Source of the DNA: Oculatellaceae cyanobacterium bins.114
GTDB lineage: Bacteria > Cyanobacteriota > Cyanobacteriia > Elainellales > Elainellaceae
Length of the DNA: 14,152 nucleotides
Assembly (NCBI GenBank): GCA_033764315.1
Contig: JANRJA010000241.1
Coordinates: forward strand, 1-14,152
Direction: 5' to 3'
The notes beneath the pieces were generated by a model. It ran no database searches, had not been told where the DNA came from, and worked only from the letters and a program-made list of their open reading frames with translations. The translations under genes were made by a program, and so were the position numbers. This document shows positions 8,237-14,152 of the stretch, one piece after another (the stretch's first letter is position 1; every line of letters begins with the position of its first letter).

Positions 8237-8346
8237 GATCCTGACAGCAGGGGCGTTTTGTGGAAACAATATGTTGCACAATGTAAAGTTTTCTCATAAC
8301 CTTTGAGAATGACGCGTTTCCACCTGCACCCATCGCAGCGCAAATC

Positions 8347-9903
8347 ATGACAACAGGTGTTTGGGTCTTAGGCGATCAACTGTGGGCAGAGCAAACTGCC
8401 CTACAAAGTTGTTTGCTACAACAATCACAGACCCCAGTTCTATTTATTGAGTCTTTGCATCACGCTCAAAAATTGCCCTATCACTTACAAAAGTTGGTGC
8501 TTGTGTGGTCTGCTATGCGCCACTTTGCAGATGAGTTGCGGCAAGCCGGATGGTCAGTCACCTATGTGCAAGCTGACGATTTTGCAACACCGTTACTAGA
8601 TTGGATTCACCACCACCAGATCACTGAGTTGCGGGTCATGACTCCCAGCGATCGCCCCTTTGCTCACTTGATCCGACACCTTGATCTGCCTTGCCCAGTT
8701 ACCTTTACTCCCAGCAACCGCTTCATTTGGAATGACGAGGACTTCATCCAGTGGGCAAACCAACGCAAACGCCTGGTCATGGAGGACTTTTATCGTGAAG
8801 GGCGACGTCGCTTTAATATCTTGATGGTGGGAGATCAACCCGTTGGTGGTCGCTGGAACTTTGACCGTGAGAATCGTAAACCCCCCAAAGGCAAGCTGAC
8901 TCTACCTGAAGCTTTGTGGTTTGAGCCAGACGACCTGACCCAGGCCGTGATCGATTGGGTGAAGCAGTCTCCTGCCTTTCAAGACAGTCAGGAGTACTGG
9001 CAAATTGAACCCTTTCGGTGGGGAGTAACGCGATCGCACGCTTTGCAAGTGCTCGACTTCTTTATCGAAACCCGTCTATCGGAGTTTGGCCCCTATCAAG
9101 ATGCGATGGTTACTGGGGAACAAACCATGTGGCACGCGATGTTGTCTCCCTATCTCAACCTGGGTTTGTTGCATCCCTTAGAGGTGGTGCAAGCAGCTGA
9201 GCAAGCCTATCTCCGGCACCAGAATGAGTGGGAACTCAATAGCGTTGAGGGCTTTGTTCGCCAGATTTTGGGTTGGCGTGAATATATGCACGGCATTTAT
9301 ATCTACATGGGAGAAGATTACTCAGAGCGCAACTGGTTCAACCACACGCAACCGTTACCCGACTTTTATTGGACGGGTGACACACCGATGAATTGCTTGC
9401 ACCAAATCTTGACGCAGGTTAAGGAAACGGGGTATGCCCACCACATCCAACGGTTGATGGTATTGAATAACTTTGCGTTGATTGCGGGCATTTCACCCCA
9501 AGCGATAGAAGATTGGTTTCACGCTGCTTTTATCGATGCCTATGACTGGGTGATGCAGACCAACGTGATTGGCATGGGGCAATTTGCTGATGGTGGTCTG
9601 ATGGCATCTAAACCCTATGCTGCCTCTGCAAATTACATCAACACGATGAGCGACTATTGCAAAGGCTGTCGCTATAAACCGCGCGATCGCTCTGGTGACA
9701 ATGCCTGTCCGTTCAACTTCTTTTATTGGGACTTTTTAGCGCGGCACTACGACAAACTCAAAAAAAATCACCGCATGTTCCAAATCTTGCGAAACCTGGA
9801 GCGCATCTCAGCCGAGGAATTGCAGGTCATCCGGCAAAAAGCAGCAGAGTGGCATGAGGGAGAAGAGAAAAAAGAAGAGAGAAAAGCAAAGGATAAACGA
9901 TGA
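8347..9903 (+). CDS. Cryptochrome/photolyase family, FeS-cluster bacterial (6-4) photolyase clade (PhrB/CryB-like)
   Basis: LGDQL, H.QKL, GGRWNFD.ENR, FGPYQDAM, GYAHHIQRLM and KPYAAS..YI..MSDYC..C. Four cluster cysteines in MNCL, DYCKGC and ACPF. Confidence 0.92.
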   Translation: MTTGVWVLGDQLWAEQTALQSCLLQQSQTPVLFIESLHHAQKLPYHLQKLVLVWSAMRHFADELRQAGWSVTYVQADDFATPLLDWIHHHQITELRVMTPSDRPFAHLIRHLDLPCPVTFTPSNRFIWNDEDFIQWANQRKRLVMEDFYREGRRRFNILMVGDQPVGGRWNFDRENRKPPKGKLTLPEALWFEPDDLTQAVIDWVKQSPAFQDSQEYWQIEPFRWGVTRSHALQVLDFFIETRLSEFGPYQDAMVTGEQTMWHAMLSPYLNLGLLHPLEVVQAAEQAYLRHQNEWELNSVEGFVRQILGWREYMHGIYIYMGEDYSERNWFNHTQPLPDFYWTGDTPMNCLHQILTQVKETGYAHHIQRLMVLNNFALIAGISPQAIEDWFHAAFIDAYDWVMQTNVIGMGQFADGGLMASKPYAASANYINTMSDYCKGCRYKPRDRSGDNACPFNFFYWDFLARHYDKLKKNHRMFQILRNLERISAEELQVIRQKAAEWHEGEEKKEERKAKDKR

Positions 9904-9970
9904 AGGATAAAGGATAAAAGGCAGAGAGCAATTCCCGATTTCTCGTTTCTAGCCTCTGGCTAGAAATGCT
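9860..9970 (+). repeat. Purine-rich heptamer tract (AGGATAA-like) overlapping the photolyase 3' end, followed by a hairpin
   Basis: AAGGATAAACGATGAAGGATAAAGGATAAAAGG, then a TTTCTAGCC/GGCTAGAAA stem at ~9947-9967. Confidence 0.55.
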
Positions 9971-10068
9971 CTTTTGCGGCTTTGCCGCTTCCAATAAGTA
10001 GAGACATCTCCTCGGTGACGTTTCCAGACGGAACCTGAGGAATGAGTAGAGGTGTCTAGTTCATCCAA

Positions 10069-11085
10069 TTAAATTGAATAATAAATGGGAAACGCCTTTG
10101 CCTCTTTGGGTTTGACGTAGACTCGCTGTTGTGGCTCTAGTTTGAGTTCATCAAAGCGATCGCGCGTCAGGTGAGCAGACACCACTTGCCCATCATCCAG
10201 GGTCAATTCGGCTTGAATCTCCCACCCCAGGTGAATCAGTCGGCTGACTCGTGCGGCAACAGTGGTGCCGTTGGGTTCAGTTTGAATGACGACATCCTGT
10301 GGACGCAAAAACACTTCTGGCATGGCCGAGTCAAAGCCATTTTCCTGGAAGATGTTGGAGGTGCTAGGTAAGACGTTGACAGGCCCGATAAAGCTCATTA
10401 CAAAAGCGGTTGCTGGGTTGTCGTAAATCTCAGCCGGAGTGCCGACCTGTTCAATCTGTCCTTTATTCATCACCACAATTTCATCAGAGACTTCCATCGC
10501 CTCTTCCTGGTCGTGGGTGACAAAAACAGTGGTGACATGAACTTCATCATGCAGGCGACGCAACCATGCCCGCAGATCTTTGCGAACCTTTGCATCTAAC
10601 GCCCCAAAAGGCTCATCCAGCAGCAAGACTTTTGGCTCTACTGCCAGGGCACGAGCCAGAGCCACCCGTTGCCGCTGACCGCCTGACAATTGTGAGGGAT
10701 AGCGATCGCCCAATCCAGCGAGTTGCACCAGTTCAAGCAACTCTTCGACTCTTGCTTTGACTTTATTTGCAGGTGTTTTACGAATCTCTAACCCAAAAGC
10801 AATATTTCTGCGAACCGTCATGTGCTTAAACAGAGCGTAGTGTTGAAACACAAACCCAATGTTGCGATCTTGCACACTTTCATGAGTGGCGTCTCTGCCT
10901 GTCAATAAAATCTTGCCTGTATCAGGCGTTTCTAACCCAGCAATCAAGCGCAGCAACGTAGATTTTCCAGAACCAGAGGGGCCAAGCAGAGCAACTAGCG
11001 AACCTGTCTTGATCTCTAAGCTGACTTTATCTAATGCTTGAAAGCTGCCAAACCGCTTAGATACATCTTCAACAACAATACCCAC
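10069..11085 (-). CDS. cysA: Sulfate/thiosulfate ABC transporter ATP-binding protein
   Basis: Walker [68 protein letters not shown] and a C-terminal TOBE-like domain. Confidence 0.95.
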   Translation of the reverse strand: MGIVVEDVSKRFGSFQALDKVSLEIKTGSLVALLGPSGSGKSTLLRLIAGLETPDTGKILLTGRDATHESVQDRNIGFVFQHYALFKHMTVRRNIAFGLEIRKTPANKVKARVEELLELVQLAGLGDRYPSQLSGGQRQRVALARALAVEPKVLLLDEPFGALDAKVRKDLRAWLRRLHDEVHVTTVFVTHDQEEAMEVSDEIVVMNKGQIEQVGTPAEIYDNPATAFVMSFIGPVNVLPSTSNIFQENGFDSAMPEVFLRPQDVVIQTEPNGTTVAARVSRLIHLGWEIQAELTLDDGQVVSAHLTRDRFDELKLEPQQRVYVKPKEAKAFPIYYSI

Positions 11086-11311
11086 TGCTTTGATCCTCTC
11101 CGAGTGAAGTGATGGGGAACAGTCTCTTGACCGTAAAAACCCTATTTACCGATGTGATTACTGTAGATTTATATCATAGATCAATAGGTTCTGTAGAGAG
11201 ATTTAAACCAGATCTTGATTGCGCCAATTAGAGTAACACAAAAAGGAATATCCCTTGAGAGAGAATCTGAACTGTATCGAGATTAGCTTCAATCTCTAAA
11301 ATTATTCTAAA

Positions 11312-11344
11312 AGATCCCCGGAATCTTCGAGATTCCGGGGATCT
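11312..11344. terminator. Perfect 15-bp hairpin, minimal AGATCCCCGG family member; probable terminator/3' stabiliser of the upstream minus-strand gene
   Basis: AGATCCCCGGAATCT-TCG-AGATTCCGGGGATCT, 26 bp past the stop codon of 11371-11802, followed by T residues on the minus strand. Confidence 0.65.
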
Positions 11345-11370
11345 AAACTAGATGTCGAGGATAGGACGAC

Positions 11371-11802
11371 TTAATTTAAGGCATCCTTAATGTTGTCTAC
11401 GGCACGTTCAACCACATTTTTGGTGTCATCTACAGCCCGTTGAGTCCGAGCAGCGTCTTGTTCGGCTCTCATCTCAATGCGATCGCGATCGCGCTTGGCT
11501 TTGCGCTCTACAAAGCTGTTATCTTTGTCGCTAGCTTGCTCGACTCGATCAACGTTACGGTTTGCTGTGCGCTCAACTCGATCAGCCGTGTCACGAATGA
11601 ACCCTTTGGCGTCTCTAGCACCTTCCCGCGCTTTTTGTTGCACTTGATCCCCTGCATCTCTGGAGGCAATCAAAGTGGGACTAGCCATTGCCGCTGTGGT
11701 AAATGCACCTTGCCAAATGAAAGCGATCGCCAGCAGACCGACTAATGTAGTCGCTAACCAACGCCCCAGAGATGAAAGTCTCGTAACAAAATTCAGTTTC
11801 AT
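11371..11802 (-). CDS. Hypothetical protein with N-terminal hydrophobic segment and LEA/CsbD-like charged helical repeats
   Basis: Hydrophobic stretch followed by an A/D/R/K-rich amphipathic region. GGAG lies upstream of ATG 11802; the ORF track starts at TTG 11811. Confidence 0.7.
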   Translation of the reverse strand: MKLNFVTRLSSLGRWLATTLVGLLAIAFIWQGAFTTAAMASPTLIASRDAGDQVQQKAREGARDAKGFIRDTADRVERTANRNVDRVEQASDKDNSFVERKAKRDRDRIEMRAEQDAARTQRAVDDTKNVVERAVDNIKDALN

Positions 11803-11961
11803 AGAATACAATCTCCATGAGATTTAATATCCTAGTTCTACTGTATGGAACTCATTAGCTTAAACGCTCTAGAGACAGAGGTTGGGGCTACGACAAAAGG
11901 TGGGGTTGATAGAGGTGGGCAATAGTTTTATGCCAAATTTAAACAGTGAACCTTGCACTTG

Positions 11962-12011
11962 ACCCCACCGCATACGGCACCTCTCCTTGCCAAGGGGAGG
12001 TTGGGAGGGGT
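11962..12011. repeat. GC-rich hairpin repeat (CCTCTCC...GGGGAGGTTGGGAGGGG family)
   Basis: ACCTCTCCTTGCCAAGGGGAGGTTGGGAGGGGT. Same style as the in-frame units at 13504-13641, and enclosed by CCAAATTT...AAATTGG. Confidence 0.65.
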
Positions 12012-12035
12012 ACTTTCAAATCAAATTGGTTTTAC

Positions 12036-12135
12036 TACCCCCTGTGTGACGTTTCCCAGATCCCCGGTTTCTGGTGATGGGAATCAGACCCCTTTGAGGA
12101 TGCTGATCAGAAACCGAGGATCTAAACCTTTACAC
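12036..12135 (+). repeat. Dispersed ~100-bp AGATCCCC element, copy C
   Basis: CCAGATCCCCGGTTTCTG...AATCAGACCCCTTTGAGGATGCTGATCAGAAACCGAGGATCTAAACC. Confidence 0.85.
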
Positions 12136-12266
12136 GTAGACTACGCTTAGGCGACATCTATAGGACTACTTTAGGGAGTTGGTATTAGCTAGCAATGCGG
12201 CTCTCCACGGATGGAGTCAGGAAGCAGAGCCTCCAGCATGGCAACCAAGGATGGTGGGTTGGGCGA

Positions 12267-14012
12267 TTATCCTTTCACTGGTTTAATTGGCATTCTTGGT
12301 GGAGCCGTCTTCCACATCAGATCAATTTCTTCAGGGGTCAACCCATAGGCTTGATTCACCAAGTCTGATAACTCATGTTCGAGGGTCAAAATCTCGCGAT
12401 CGCGCTGTTGAATCGGCAGAGCGTAATCGTTATACACCGTGCTGACTTCTTTTTGCCCTGCCACGCCCAACGGATCGCTGCCCTTGCGTCCCGCTTTGGG
12501 AATCCGATCGCGCACTTCATCAATAAACTGGGTGCGATCGAGACTGGCAAAGCCCTCTAGTTTTTGCCCCGGTTTCTCAATGCGAAAGCGCGATTTTATC
12601 CAATCCAACACATCGCGATAGCTCTCTTGATTGGCTTTGGTGAGTTCGATTAAACGGCTGACTTTGGGTTCTACTTCCGATCGGATCTCATCAGTGGGAG
12701 GGGCGATCGGTAGGGTTTCTACATATACGGCATCCATTGCTATTGCTTCATCTTTTTTGTGAGGAAGATGCCTGAAGATGTAACACCACATAAGGGGTGA
12801 ATTAATAACTGATATAGCCCATAAATCAGATGTAGGAAGTATAAAACCCGCATTGTTAATGTACATTCCATCGGCATCAAAACTTATTCTTGGATGAAAT
12901 GCAATTCCTTGTATTAAGTATTTAGGGTTTTGAAAAGCTTCATAGTAAGCACAAGGGCGTAACTCCCACCAATAACGACCTTTGTCCTGCCTCTTTTTCA
13001 ACTTATCCTCTAAGGGTTTTAAGTATGCATATAAAGAAGGAAAAGTTTCAGAAAATATCTTCTCTGCTGTATCTTTTGATTTTGACCAAATCCAAGCGTG
13101 ATCACTACTAGACTTTAGAACAATCATCCAAAGACTTGACCATTCAGAATGCCATCTTTTAATATCTGAGCCACGAAGATAAGGTTTGATAATTTCAGAA
13201 ACTCTAGGATCAGCTTTAATTAAGTCAGATCTAGTATTGTTATCAATCAAGAAAGCCTCATTCAATCCTGTTTTGATTCCTAAAAGAGGTTTTATTTCAA
13301 GGAGCTTCTTTAGTGGTACTCCCACCCGTTTAATTTTTGCCATCAACTCATCCACTGCGGGGGGTTCCAGGCTCCAGGCGGTGGCGGTAAAGCGTGACCA
13401 AGGCACATCATAGCCTTCTTGTGAAACAAACTGGGAGAGGTTGATGCCCGTTAGTTTTTCGCGTGGCACAGGGCAGATGATTACAGGAGAAGAGAGTTCG
13501 GCTCCTCCTTCCCTGCCAGGGAAGGGGGCAAGGGGGATAGGTTCCATAGGGGCAGTTGACCCCTCCCCAACCCCTCCCCGATGCGGAGAGGAGCTTTCTT
13601 CCATCCCTTCTCCTTGGGGAGAAGGGGCAGGGGGATGAGGGCTTGCTTCCACCCGCCGCGCCACGACAATGCAAGGAAACGTATCGGCATCTTGAAAAAT
13701 GGGGGCGTGTCCAAAGTCGATGATTTGCTCAAAGACACTGTTTTCGCTAAAAAATCGCCGCAGTGCCTCACCATATCCCGCACGCAACCACTTGTTAGTG
13801 ACGATGTAAGACAACACCCCTCCTGGTTTGAGCAGGGTTAGCCCCCGTTCATAGAAATAGGTATAGAGATCGGCTACGCCATCATAGGAGGCATAGTGGT
13901 GTTGCAAATAGGGCTTAATCGGAGACAGCAACTCTTGCCTGACATAGGGTGGGTTGCCGATCGCCACATCAAAGCCGCCACTGGCAAACACATCGGGGAA
14001 TTCGCTTTGCCA
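12267..14012 (-). pseudogene. Eco57I/TaqI-like N6-adenine DNA methyltransferase (probable type IIG R-M fusion), 3' fragment after IS interruption
   Basis: WQSEFPDVFASGGFDVAIGNPPYVRQE (motif IV), DLYTYFYE, NKWLRAGYG, GIKTGLNEAF and a TaqI_C-like region. No SAM-binding motif I in this fragment, and the frame runs into IS200 sequence and a stop. Confidence 0.85.
13504..13641 (-). repeat. Three GC-rich palindromic repeat units inserted in frame within the methyltransferase
   Basis: Stems CCTTCCCTG/CAGGGAAGG, CCTCCCCG/CGGAGAGG and CCCTTCTCC/GGAGAAGGG. They translate as PHPPAPSPQGEG...SPHRGGVGEG...PIPLAPFPGREGG. Confidence 0.85.
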
Positions 14013-14152
14013 GTAAAGGTATCCTCCGGCAGAGCCGGAGGCTTTAGCATATGGGAGCCGCTCAAAGCGGCTTTCTCACCTTCATTCCTCCTGCCATAAC
14101 TTCAATTGTTCCAATCGCTGATCCTCCTTCTCTTGGTCTCGAATGTACTGTC
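14013..14152 (-). mobile_element. Right end of an IS200-type (IS200/IS605 family, tnpA-only at this end) element
   Basis: tnpA-like C-terminus, then two hairpins AGCCGCT/AGCGGCT (14056-14072) and CCTCCGGC/GCCGGAGG (14023-14041), ending ...CCTTTAC where methyltransferase sequence (TGG CAA AGC GAA) resumes. Confidence 0.8.
14082..14152 (-). CDS. tnpA: IS200-family Y1/HUH transposase, C-terminal fragment
   Basis: Not in the ORF track. Reads QYIRDQEKEDQRLEQLKLWQEE*, containing the catalytic Y-x3-Q helix typical of IS200 TnpA. Confidence 0.8.
   Translation of the reverse strand, partial: QYIRDQEKEDQRLEQLKLWQEE

Larger units (their letters stand above)
1104..12403. repeat. HIP1 octamer GCGATCGC, about 20 copies dispersed through the window
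   Basis: Counted by eye, e.g. at 1104, 3941, 4694, 5813, 6975, 7753, 9683, 10702, 11479/11485 and 12396. Confidence 0.9.

Noticed and set aside
10069..11085. cysA without sbp/cysT/cysW
   Set aside because: A stand-alone cysA is known in cyanobacteria, so this is not unusual.
11953..12150. 65-aa plus-strand ORF
   Set aside because: A translation of the GC-rich hairpin and repeat copy C.
12190..12250. GCAGAGCCTCC-containing repeat remnant
   Set aside because: It resembles a cyanobacterial palindrome family but is degenerate and single-copy here, so boundaries cannot be supported.
12267..14012. BREX PglX or DISARM assignment for the methyltransferase
   Set aside because: No pglZ, brxC, brxL or drm genes are visible, and the motifs fit a generic Eco57I-like enzyme.
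1..14152. Composite transposon bounded by the two IS elements
   Set aside because: The IS elements belong to unrelated families with different mechanisms, each interrupts a local gene, and the interior is HIP1-rich native-looking DNA.

Overview
Cyanobacterial chromosomal segment, judged from about 20 HIP1 octamers (GCGATCGC), heptamer STRR-like tracts and an SLH-domain porin. Insertion sequences interrupt genes at both ends. On the left, the left end and transposase start of an IS701-family element cut off the 5' part of a 2OG-Fe(II) oxygenase. On the right, the 3' end of an IS200-type tnpA and its hairpin right end split an Eco57I/TaqI-like adenine methyltransferase (probable type IIG R-M). 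Between them lie a sterol-desaturase-family gene, an SLH/OprB porin, a TIGR04283-type GT2 glycosyltransferase, DUF547, a TPM plus zinc-ribbon protein, a rhodanese, an FeS-type (6-4) photolyase, cysA and a small LEA-like protein. Most intergenic gaps carry small structured repeats: an 81-bp MITE with a perfect 8-bp target duplication, a ~100-bp AGATCCCCGG...CCGGGGATCT element in three full copies plus one minimal copy with a compensatory change, inverted-repeat 'shells' with variable cargo, and GC-rich hairpins inserted in frame inside the methyltransferase. That gene also has an AT-rich central segment suggesting an exchanged specificity domain. All family assignments come from motif recognition by eye; no database search was run.
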